A DNA stretch of 64,000 nucleotides from Verrucomicrobiota bacterium (GTDB lineage Bacteria; Verrucomicrobiota; Verrucomicrobiia; Opitutales; JAKPNF01). Positions 1-8,603 of the stretch are shown piece by piece. Numbering within the stretch: the first letter of the stretch is position 1; every line of letters starts with the position of its first letter. The notes beneath the pieces are model-generated. The model had not been told where the DNA came from. It saw only the letters and a program-made list of their open reading frames with translations, and did not search any database. Location of the stretch: the NCBI GenBank assembly GCA_029548565.1, contig JAKPNF010000079.1, positions 2,101 to 66,100 on the forward strand. Reading direction: 5' to 3'. A program made the translations under genes and the position numbers.

Positions 1-740
1 TATTCCAATTCCGCGGCATCAACGACGAGCTTTCCAAAAACGAAGGGCTATGGCTGTACCGCTCGCGCGATCAGGGGAAAACGATCGAAAAAATCATGGG
101 GCTGTTTGTCTACGCGCACGGGCTGGAATCCATCATCCTTGAAAAGAAGGACGGCACGCTGTGGTATCTGGCGCGTGTGGAGCCGTTCGTGCGCTTTTAC
201 AACTATAACCGCCCATCCACCTCTTTTATTAGAAGCGGTGTGAACACCGACGGCATTTACGAGGCGGTTTCAAAGGACAACGGAAAATCCTTCACGCGTT
301 TAAAACCCTCTAAAATCCCGCACGTGGGCTCGCGTTTTCACATCAGTCGCCTGCAATCGGGCAATCTGCTGCTCGTCAAAAATTACGCCAACGACGAGCT
401 GTGGCTTGCCGGAAAACCAAAAGCCCGCGACGGCGAAGGCGACAAGGACATCGACAAAAAACCGCGCGAGCGCAAGCGCATGATCGCCTATATTTCCACG
501 GACGATGGCAAGACCTGGCAGGGAGGTCTGGAGCTGGACGAGCGCACACACGTGGCCTACCCCGACGCCTCGCAAGCCGACAACGGCGACATTTACATCA
601 CCTGGGATTTTAACCGCTACAAAGACGCCGAGATCTGCGCCGCCAAACTCACCGAGCAGGATATTCTCGCAAAAAAAATAGTTTCCAAAAATTCCATCCG
701 CAACACCGTTATCAGCCGTGGCGCGGACACCAGGAAATAA
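1..740 (+). CDS. BNR/Asp-box repeat glycoside hydrolase (sialidase-like), C-terminal part; 5' end lies outside the window
   Basis: ORF 96..740 stays open in the same frame back to nt 3. Asp-box (S-x-D-x-G-x-T/S) motifs: SRDQGKT (nt 63-83), SKDNGKSF, STDDGKTW. Confidence 0.6.
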   Translation, partial: FQFRGINDELSKNEGLWLYRSRDQGKTIEKIMGLFVYAHGLESIILEKKDGTLWYLARVEPFVRFYNYNRPSTSFIRSGVNTDGIYEAVSKDNGKSFTRLKPSKIPHVGSRFHISRLQSGNLLLVKNYANDELWLAGKPKARDGEGDKDIDKKPRERKRMIAYISTDDGKTWQGGLELDERTHVAYPDASQADNGDIYITWDFNRYKDAEICAAKLTEQDILAKKIVSKNSIRNTVISRGADTRK

Positions 741-744
741 TCTC

Positions 745-2406
745 ATGCCACACAGACACCCATTGATTTTCGCGATCGCGCTTGTTTTGGGCGCGGGGGC
801 GCAGGCGTCTGTCGCGCCGCCGTGGCGGATGGTGTACAGCAACGATATGACGAATATCATCAACTGCATCAGCCCCTACAACGAGCGCGGGCCGCGGGTG
901 ATGACAGAGGAGAAAATCCGCGCGTCGGTGGCGGAGGCGGCCGTTGAGGGCATGGACGCGCAGTTCATTCAGCCGGGCTTTAGCTGGGTGCCGTGGTGGG
1001 ACAGTAAAATTTATCCCTTGGCCGAGCACGAAGCGTGGTTCAAGCAGCACTACGGCAGCAAAGCCGACCGACCCGAACACCGCTTCATGCTCAAAGGCGG
1101 CGACATCATCGGCATCTTCATCGACGAATGCCACAAGCGCGGCGTCGCGGCGGTTTTGTCGTTCCGTGCCAACGACGGGCATTTGCAGGAGATGGCCTTC
1201 GATCCGCCCAATCGGCCCGGGCGCATCGCGCACTGCGTGAGCCGCTTTTACGTCGAGCACCCCGAGTACCGCCGCGGCGCGCTGCCTGCAGCCGCCTGGC
1301 GCGACCGTGTTCACAACTGGGCGATCCCCGAGGCGCGCAAATACAAGGAAGACCTGCTGCGCGAGGCGATACAGCTCTATCACGCCCTCGACGGCGTGGA
1401 GATCGACTTTCAGCGCCACCCTTATTATTTCCCCGATGAGATGCCGATGAACGAGCGCGTGCAGATCATGTGCGATTTTATAAAAAAAGCACGCGCCGAG
1501 CTGGACACTGTCGCGCAAAAAACAAACGGCAAGCATCGCTACCTGGGCGTGCGCGTGCCCAAGTGGAAGGATGATTATACCGACGGCACTTGGGAGGCAG
1601 TGGGCTTTGACCCAAAAGCCTGGGCGGACGCAGGCGTGGACTTTTTCAACTTGAGCACGCACTTTTGCGTGACGCAGGAAATGGCGGATGCGCAGATCGC
1701 CCGCGACGCCGCGCCCAATGTGCGCATTTTCCAAGAGCTGACCAACGCCACGGCCACCTGGCGTTTGGACAAAGGCTACGACAAGCACGGCTACCGCCGC
1801 GCCACGAAGGAGATGCTGGAGACATCCGCGCGGCTGGCTTACGCGCGCGGGGCGGACGCGTTGAGCTTTTTCAATTTCGTCTACTACCGCGAGTTCGGCG
1901 GCATGCGCGACAAAATCGGCCCCTTTGACGAGCCGCCGTTTAATTATTTGCCCAAGCTGACCGACCGCGCCTACCTCGACACGCAGCCGATGTACGCCTT
2001 CCACTGGGCGCGCGACCAACGCTTTGTCGCCACGCGCACGTTTGAATTTTCAATGGATATCCTGCCGGCCAAAGGCAACGGCTCCGCGTTGCTGCGCATT
2101 TTGGTACTCACGGAATCCGAGCGCACATTCGGCGAGGATCAGGCGGCCGAAAAAATCAAGCGCGGCAAATGGGTGGTCAGACTCAATGGCGTAGAACTTA
2201 AGCCCTCTAAAAACCCGCCAAGAACCGCCTACCCGCTGCCCACCGAATTCAAAGCGGGCTTCGACAAACCCGAGCAGTATTTGAGTTTCGATATCCCCGC
2301 AAATCTTTTGAAAGACGGCGAAAACAAAATAGCTGTCACCAACACAAACGTCCCGCAATCCATGCGCCTGCGCTGGGTCGAAATTTTGCAAAAGCCAACC
2401 CGTTGA
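745..2406 (+). CDS. Secreted GH-like TIM-barrel protein, paralogue of 51337..53052 and 53079..54788
   Basis: Start moved to the Met at 745, which gives the signal peptide MPHRHPLIFAIALVLGAGAQA. Shares motifs with the two paralogues: PPWRMVYSNDMTNIINC, VEIDFQRHP, ADALSFFNFVYYR, and a C-terminal beta-sandwich-like tail (KDGENKIAVT). Confidence 0.8.
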   Translation: MPHRHPLIFAIALVLGAGAQASVAPPWRMVYSNDMTNIINCISPYNERGPRVMTEEKIRASVAEAAVEGMDAQFIQPGFSWVPWWDSKIYPLAEHEAWFKQHYGSKADRPEHRFMLKGGDIIGIFIDECHKRGVAAVLSFRANDGHLQEMAFDPPNRPGRIAHCVSRFYVEHPEYRRGALPAAAWRDRVHNWAIPEARKYKEDLLREAIQLYHALDGVEIDFQRHPYYFPDEMPMNERVQIMCDFIKKARAELDTVAQKTNGKHRYLGVRVPKWKDDYTDGTWEAVGFDPKAWADAGVDFFNLSTHFCVTQEMADAQIARDAAPNVRIFQELTNATATWRLDKGYDKHGYRRATKEMLETSARLAYARGADALSFFNFVYYREFGGMRDKIGPFDEPPFNYLPKLTDRAYLDTQPMYAFHWARDQRFVATRTFEFSMDILPAKGNGSALLRILVLTESERTFGEDQAAEKIKRGKWVVRLNGVELKPSKNPPRTAYPLPTEFKAGFDKPEQYLSFDIPANLLKDGENKIAVTNTNVPQSMRLRWVEILQKPTR

Positions 2407-2467
2407 CCACTCACGAAGATCACCTGCTTCTTCTAGATTCCCTAAACTAATTGTCCAAAATTCCATC

Positions 2468-5400
2468 ATGAAAGCTTCAAACAAACCCTTCAACCTTGCG
2501 TCGCGATCATACGAACGGCGCAGAGGCTTTGCCTTGATTTTGGCATTGGGGCTAATGTCTCTGGTCTTGTTATTGCTAGTTTCCTTCAGTGCGCTGATCA
2601 GTGTGGAATCCACCGCCAGCCAGCAAAACCTGGCGCAGCACATCGCCCGCCAAAACGCCCTGATCGGCGCCTATCAGGGATTGGGCGCGCTGCAACAATA
2701 CGCCGGAACCGACCAGCGCGTCACCGCCCGCGCGGACATAGACTTGGCAAATTCCGCCAACCCCTACTGGGTGGGAGTGTGGTCGACCACCGCTTCCGGC
2801 ACCACCACCCCCATGCGCTGGCTGGTTTCCTCCAACAGCACCAACACCGACCCCAGCGCGGCGGTTTCCAACGACGCGATCATCATCTGCAACGCCATCA
2901 CTTCCAGCGGCCGCTTCGCTCCCACCGGCACGCTCGCCCAAGCGGTGACCGTCCAGCGCCTGAACATAAATTCCGGCGACAATGCAGGCGGCTACGCCTG
3001 GTGGGTGCAAGACGAGGGGATAAAGGCATCCGTGGCGTTGAACAACACCACGAATTTGAAGGCCTACGAAAATGGCGGCGGCAGCGGCGAATTAAACGGC
3101 CGCACCAAACAGCAGGCCATCACGGCGCGTTCGCTATACCCCACACGCGCGGGGTTGGAGACGTTGAAAAATTCCAGCTCCGACGATGATATCGTGGATG
3201 CAAGCATCACAGACAACCTCAATCGTCTCACCAGCGCCAAACAACTGGCTGAGCTAAGCAGCGAATTTTCGCAAGTGACCGAAGTTTCCCCGCATGATTT
3301 GACGGAGCTATCCCTCGGCGTGCTGGCGCACACATTGCCCGACGTAACACCCACGCTCAAAGTCGACCTGTCCACCCAGTTGCGCGGCAGCCCCGGAAAC
3401 GATTTCTGGGTTTACAACAACTCCTCGTGCACCTGGGAGCCAACCCAGTCAATCAATGACAGCGCCCTACCCTCGCAATGGAGCGGTTGGGCGGCTCCGT
3501 TGTCCGCTTTCTTATACGCCTGGCGCGCGGAAAAAGACGGGGCTTTTGGCGATCAGTACGAGGCCTCCGTCGTGCAAGCCGGCAGCGAAACGCTCACCCT
3601 GAGTCGTCTGCCACTGGTGGCGCCGATTCCCTCCAACCCCAGTGCCGGCCGGCCTGTGTTTTCAACCATGCCGGTGCTCAGCGAATTTTCCATGACCTTC
3701 GGGCCGATTTTCCGTGTGGACAATCTGACGGCGGGCAACACCCTCATAACCGGCTCGTCCATTGGGCAGGAAATCCTTCAAGAAGGACGCATGAACAACG
3801 AAGTGAGAATTTACAACCATGGTTCTCTGGGTAGCGAGCACTATGGAGTGACGCACAATATTCTGGAACAATTGGCCGACAAACTTCCCGACAACGGCGC
3901 CGTTCCCGGCCGTTTGCGCTACTACGTTTGGGGCTTTTTTGAACTTTGGAACCCCTACACCACGCAGGTGGTGATACCACACACGGGCACCAACTCGACA
4001 CCGGTGAATTCCCCCGCCATGCGCGCGCAGGTGACGGGATTGCCCACCCACGAGGTCACTTACTGGCGAAACAAAACCGGACAAAACGCCCTGAGCTACA
4101 ACAACGAGGACGTCGAACGCGTGACTGACTGGACAGACCTTCCCGGCACCTCCTTGCCGCTGAGTTTGCAAGAGGAACTCGGCTCGCCGTTTTGCGTCAA
4201 TATGCAATTACCCGCCGCCGTGACAATGGCGGGAGGCTCGCTGCATCCCTGGTCGGGTTTTTCCGGCTCGCTTTCAAATGGCATAAAAGCGGGCGGCTGG
4301 GGTTTTAAGGACGGACTGACGGCCTTCAGCGATTACGCCAGCGAGGACGAGGGCCAGCTCATGAACATGTTTGCCGGCCTGCCGTTCGCTTCGACCATCA
4401 CTTTTTCAAACACAAAGGCGCGCGGCCTGCCCATCGGCATCGATGAGTACGGCTACACGATGAACACTTCCAATTATTTCGCCACACGCTACAATTCCTA
4501 CCTGCAGGTCAAAGACGCCGGCAGCGCGCCGGACTTTCAAGTCGAGTTGTACTGGGTGCCTTCCGGAAACACGTCTCAAGGCGGCGGCGTCAGAGTGGGC
4601 AGCTATCGCATGCCTTCGCCCGATGCGCTCAACTGGGGCGATGAATTCGAAAATAGCGGGAAAGCCCCTTGGTACACCAGCGCCGACGGCAAACAAGTCA
4701 ACCCCTACCTCTCCAAGCAAGTGGTGTGCCGCTTCGGCTACGTGTTCATCCGCAAGGACGGCGGCTGGACGGACGACACCGACTTAAACGGCAGCTGGTG
4801 GCTCTCCGCCCTGTCCGACCCGCGCAGCGTCGCGCAGCAAGACGGCCGCAGCTTCGACCTGCTGCAAAACCCCAACGAATTGTACGCGGCCTCGCAAAAC
4901 GCGCTGAGCGGCCTGTCCAACACGCTGCTGGAACGTCCCAACGCCGTCACGCGCGAGCGCAAGGCAAACGCGCGCGACCAGATGATCGACGTGGATTCCG
5001 CAGACACGTCATACATGGTCAGCCAGGCGGCGCTCAAAAATTATATCAATAATCCCAACAGCAACCTCGACGCCATGCTGCCGTCTGCGCAGGACCGTCG
5101 CCCGCTGGAAGACCTCTGCACCCGCGTGCCGCTGTTTGAAGTGCCCACCTCGACACCCGTGTCGCTGGGCGTGTTGCAGCACCTGACAATCGAGCAGGCG
5201 CGCCCCTTTAGCATCGGCAACTCATGGGGCAGCGACATCAATGTCTCCGGCGCGCTCAGCGCCAACGCGGTGTTTGACGTCTTCACGCTCACAGGCGTTG
5301 AAAACACGGAATTGTCGCAAAACCTCGACCCGACGTTGCCGTTGCCCAACCCGAATTTGCAGGCGCTTTGGACTCATCAAAACGACGCCCCCAGTGTTGA

Positions 5401-6211
5401 CAGCGACACGCCCGTGGCCGCCCATTTCATGACCAGAGGCGCCTTCAACATCAACTCCACCTCCACCTTGGCCTGGGCGAGTATGTTGTCGGGCGTTTTT
5501 CTGGACGGCACTTCATCGGACGAAAAATGGCGCTACCTGGACATTGACCCGCAAAGCGGTATCGCCGACAACGCCGACTACAAGGCGCTGGAACTCAAGC
5601 GCGCCTTCTTCCGCTTCCCGCACACCGGCGAACAAACCTTTGTGGCGCCCAATCCCTCGCAGGTTCAGGCCGAGAACAAACTGGTAAACCACAATCAAAG
5701 CGCCGGCACAGATTCGATGCCCTATCGCCGCGGCGTGCGCATGCTCACGCAGCAGCAGATCAACCAGATGGCGCAATCAATTGTGGAAAATATCCGCGCC
5801 CGCGGGCACCCGTTTTTCTCGATGCAGGAGTTTCTCGCCGCGCAAAACGGCAGCGAAAGCGTGCTTGAGCAGGCCATTCGCAGCGCCGCGATCAACGACA
5901 GCGCCGATTGGGACGAAAACGCCGAGAGCAGGCCGCCGCCGTATTCGTCCGCCTATCTCACGCAGGCCGATATCCTGAACACCTTCGCACCCGTTTTTCA
6001 GGCGCGTTCGGACACCTTTAAAGTTCGCGGCTACGGAGACTCGCTCAACAACGACGGGCAAGTCACCGCCACCGCCTTGTGCGAGTTGACCGTGCAGCGC
6101 ATGCCGGAATTGGCCGATAAGAGCGATGGAGGCACCGTGGCCACGCCGTCTGCCGACGGCATCGGGCGCAAATTCCAAATTATTTCCGTCAAATGGCTAA
6201 GCTCCCGTTAA
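2468..6211 (+). CDS. Giant (1247 aa) GspK/PilX-like minor pseudopilin; resembles what I recall as 'Verru_Chthon cassette protein A'
   Basis: N-terminus RRRG|FALILALGLMSLVLLLLVSF is a prepilin-like Gly-Phe junction plus hydrophobic helix, with Leu instead of Glu at +5 as in GspK. C-terminal motif ARSDTFKVRGYGDS...LCELTVQR. Long uninterrupted ORF. Confidence 0.6.
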   Translation: MKASNKPFNLASRSYERRRGFALILALGLMSLVLLLLVSFSALISVESTASQQNLAQHIARQNALIGAYQGLGALQQYAGTDQRVTARADIDLANSANPYWVGVWSTTASGTTTPMRWLVSSNSTNTDPSAAVSNDAIIICNAITSSGRFAPTGTLAQAVTVQRLNINSGDNAGGYAWWVQDEGIKASVALNNTTNLKAYENGGGSGELNGRTKQQAITARSLYPTRAGLETLKNSSSDDDIVDASITDNLNRLTSAKQLAELSSEFSQVTEVSPHDLTELSLGVLAHTLPDVTPTLKVDLSTQLRGSPGNDFWVYNNSSCTWEPTQSINDSALPSQWSGWAAPLSAFLYAWRAEKDGAFGDQYEASVVQAGSETLTLSRLPLVAPIPSNPSAGRPVFSTMPVLSEFSMTFGPIFRVDNLTAGNTLITGSSIGQEILQEGRMNNEVRIYNHGSLGSEHYGVTHNILEQLADKLPDNGAVPGRLRYYVWGFFELWNPYTTQVVIPHTGTNSTPVNSPAMRAQVTGLPTHEVTYWRNKTGQNALSYNNEDVERVTDWTDLPGTSLPLSLQEELGSPFCVNMQLPAAVTMAGGSLHPWSGFSGSLSNGIKAGGWGFKDGLTAFSDYASEDEGQLMNMFAGLPFASTITFSNTKARGLPIGIDEYGYTMNTSNYFATRYNSYLQVKDAGSAPDFQVELYWVPSGNTSQGGGVRVGSYRMPSPDALNWGDEFENSGKAPWYTSADGKQVNPYLSKQVVCRFGYVFIRKDGGWTDDTDLNGSWWLSALSDPRSVAQQDGRSFDLLQNPNELYAASQNALSGLSNTLLERPNAVTRERKANARDQMIDVDSADTSYMVSQAALKNYINNPNSNLDAMLPSAQDRRPLEDLCTRVPLFEVPTSTPVSLGVLQHLTIEQARPFSIGNSWGSDINVSGALSANAVFDVFTLTGVENTELSQNLDPTLPLPNPNLQALWTHQNDAPSVDSDTPVAAHFMTRGAFNINSTSTLAWASMLSGVFLDGTSSDEKWRYLDIDPQSGIADNADYKALELKRAFFRFPHTGEQTFVAPNPSQVQAENKLVNHNQSAGTDSMPYRRGVRMLTQQQINQMAQSIVENIRARGHPFFSMQEFLAAQNGSESVLEQAIRSAAINDSADWDENAESRPPPYSSAYLTQADILNTFAPVFQARSDTFKVRGYGDSLNNDGQVTATALCELTVQRMPELADKSDGGTVATPSADGIGRKFQIISVKWLSSR

Positions 6212-6990
6212 TTTTTCTCATTTTTTATGCCGCCTTCGGCGCCGCGTTCGCCCAGGCACCCGCGCTTGACCCTCCCACCTTCAAGGAAGGGACATTCGGG
6301 TTTGTCTGCGCGCGCAACCTGGAACGCTTTCATTATAAAACCTACCCCACGCCGGAAGAAGTTCAGGCGCAAAAGATCGACCCCACCGTGCCGACTTTCA
6401 AGCCGCTAAAATTCTCGCACAGCTCGCTGCTGGGCCAAAACAAATACTTCGGCCCGCCTGTGTTTGAGCTTTACCGACACGACAGCGCAACGCGGCAATA
6501 CGAAAAAATGGCGGCATTCCCTTTCAAAAAAAATGGCGAGAAAAAAAACTTTATCATTTTCGCACGCAATCCCAAGGAAATGAAAAAAGGCGCCAAGCCC
6601 GACCTGGCGTTTTACGAGTTTTCGCCCGAAACCAAAAAATATCCTTACGAGAGCGTGACCATTTTGAATTTCACACAGCACCCGATTTCCGGTTCTGTCA
6701 ACGGCGTGGTTTGCCGCGGCATAGGCATGTCGGGGCAGACCGTCAAGGCCAGCCAATTTGAAAGTGGGCGAAAAACGATCGACATAAAACTCTTTCGCTA
6801 CGACGCCGAGAACGAACGCGTGCTACCCGCTTACACCGCCGAGTTGATCAACGCCAAAAAGACCCGCTTTTTCGTGCTGCTGATGCCCACCGCGCGTGAA
6901 TTCCCCTTCGCCGCCGACGCCGCGCTCATCATAGACGCCCAACCGCCAACAATTGCCGAACTCAAAGCACTGGCCGACGCCGAAATGTGA
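6193..6990 (+). CDS. Hypothetical secreted protein, overlapping the upstream pseudopilin-like gene
   Basis: Signal peptide MAKLPLIFLIFYAAFGAAFAQAP. Its start overlaps the upstream stop by 19 nt. Followed by a strong terminator. I recognise no family motif. Confidence 0.65.
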   Translation: MAKLPLIFLIFYAAFGAAFAQAPALDPPTFKEGTFGFVCARNLERFHYKTYPTPEEVQAQKIDPTVPTFKPLKFSHSSLLGQNKYFGPPVFELYRHDSATRQYEKMAAFPFKKNGEKKNFIIFARNPKEMKKGAKPDLAFYEFSPETKKYPYESVTILNFTQHPISGSVNGVVCRGIGMSGQTVKASQFESGRKTIDIKLFRYDAENERVLPAYTAELINAKKTRFFVLLMPTAREFPFAADAALIIDAQPPTIAELKALADAEM

Positions 6991-7008
6991 GCGCCTCATT
7001 TTTAGTGC

Positions 7009-7055
7009 AAAAAAAAAATCCACCGTTTTGCGACGCGGCGGATTTTTTTTTTTTT
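7009..7055. terminator. Bidirectional intrinsic terminator between convergent genes
   Basis: A-run 7009-7018, stem TCCACCG (7019-7025) / CGGCGGA (7036-7042) with one mismatch, then a T13 run at 7043-7055. Confidence 0.75.
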
Positions 7056-7072
7056 GCAAGCTAACGCGAATG

Positions 7073-7657
7073 TTACGGTTTCAGGTATTTTGCGGCCAGT
7101 TCGGTGAGCTTTGTGCGCGAGCTGTTCAGGTTGTTAAAGGCGTCCTGCGCCTGTTTGACCAGCGCCGACGCCTTGTCGTCGAGCGTACCGGAGCTGATGG
7201 CGTCCTTGAGCGAGGAGAGCGCCTTTTCCTTGCTCAAACCGGCCAGTTGCTCCTTGGAGGGCATCTGTTCCCAGATTTTCGCAAGCGTTTCGCCGGAGTT
7301 GGCCAGCTCATTGTAGGCGTTCTTAAAATCGGCGGGCACCTGGTCCAGCTCGACGTTCTTGAGCTTCGAGACGCTGTCTTTGAGCGACTGTACCGTCACC
7401 TTGCCCTCGGCCATATCCTGGTAGCTGGCAGGCAGCGCCTTGACCGCGTCCATCGCCTTGGTGATCTGCTCGACGTAGGGTTTGGCCGCCTGCTCGACGG
7501 CGGTTTTGGCGGCCTCAACCGTCTGGGCGACCGTGGTCGAAGTCGTGCTTGAAGACGGCTGCTGCATTTCGGGCGCGGAAGAATCGGTCTTCCCGCAGGC
7601 GGCCAGCAGCAACGCGAGCGCGCAGACGCCCGTCAGTGAACAAATGGATGTTTTCAT
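7073..7657 (-). CDS. Hypothetical lipoprotein
   Basis: MKTSICSLTGVCALALLLAAC|G carries the lipobox LAAC. The mature part is Ser/Thr/Ala/Lys-rich and helical-looking. The ORF also allows a start at 7672. Confidence 0.7.
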   Translation of the reverse strand: MKTSICSLTGVCALALLLAACGKTDSSAPEMQQPSSSTTSTTVAQTVEAAKTAVEQAAKPYVEQITKAMDAVKALPASYQDMAEGKVTVQSLKDSVSKLKNVELDQVPADFKNAYNELANSGETLAKIWEQMPSKEQLAGLSKEKALSSLKDAISSGTLDDKASALVKQAQDAFNNLNSSRTKLTELAAKYLKP

Positions 7658-7726
7658 AGGTAGTTTTTGCATAGGTAGGTTTTCAACCTACGACCGCTTT
7701 TGCGTCCTGTCAAACAGGCCAAACGC

Positions 7727-8434
7727 TTAGCGGCGCGACATGAAGATACGCAGGATATACCAGAACATCGTCAGCAACGCGGCGAACAACTGCAGCGAGG
7801 CCGCGACGTGCTGGCCGGGCTGGTAGTGGTGCAGCATGTTGCTCGTCGTGTATAAAATAGAGGCGGCCATCAGCGCGACCACCACGGCCGAAAACACGAT
7901 GCCCAGCGAAAACCCCGTGAAAATCGCCGCCACGATCACCCCCAAGGCAATCAAACCGCCAATTGCCACGATAGGCCCAAGAAACGAAAAATCCTTGCGC
8001 GTGAGAAACACCGTGGCGCTCAACCCCAGAAAAAGCGCCCCCGTCATCACCGCGGCGTCGAAAATGACTCCCGGGTAATAAGTGACGGCGATCAGCATCA
8101 GCGGCAAAAAAATCAGCGCGTAAATAATCACGTACACCGCAAGCCCCATGTATTGCAGGGCTATATTTTCGCGCGCGTTTGCCCAAGTGTTGCCCAGCCA
8201 GGTGCCCAGCATCGCCAGCCCCAGCACGATCAGCCACGAGAATTGCCCGCCGGTCATTTCTTCAGTCAGCAGCGGCGCCAAGGGCGAATGCAGCAAGACC
8301 GCCTCCAGAACGATGAAGGACAGCAGCGCCAACGCCAAGTGCGCGTAGGTCTTGCGGATAAAGGCTGCCCGCAAGGCGGGAGCGGCCTCGGCCACCGAGC
8401 GGCCAAATGTGGTTTCACGTGCGTATGGTTCCAT
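7727..8434 (-). CDS. Bax inhibitor-1 / YccA family membrane protein
   Basis: Seven hydrophobic segments. N-terminal AFIRKTYAHLALALL and a basic C-terminal end are typical of the BI-1/UPF0005 family. Start taken at Met32 of the ORF (MEPYARE). Confidence 0.8.
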   Translation of the reverse strand: MEPYARETTFGRSVAEAAPALRAAFIRKTYAHLALALLSFIVLEAVLLHSPLAPLLTEEMTGGQFSWLIVLGLAMLGTWLGNTWANARENIALQYMGLAVYVIIYALIFLPLMLIAVTYYPGVIFDAAVMTGALFLGLSATVFLTRKDFSFLGPIVAIGGLIALGVIVAAIFTGFSLGIVFSAVVVALMAASILYTTSNMLHHYQPGQHVAASLQLFAALLTMFWYILRIFMSRR

Positions 8435-8603
8435 AATTTTTAAAAGATTTTCAATTATACTAGTGCCTGGGTGACAATTTTGCAACAAGCGCGGCGTTGA
8501 TTTGAAAATTAACCATTTCGAAGACAAAACGCATATCTATTCTTATTGCCCGTGCTTAAGTTTTGGTTATCTTTTAGGTAGGCACTTTTAAGAAAAAACC
8601 TCC

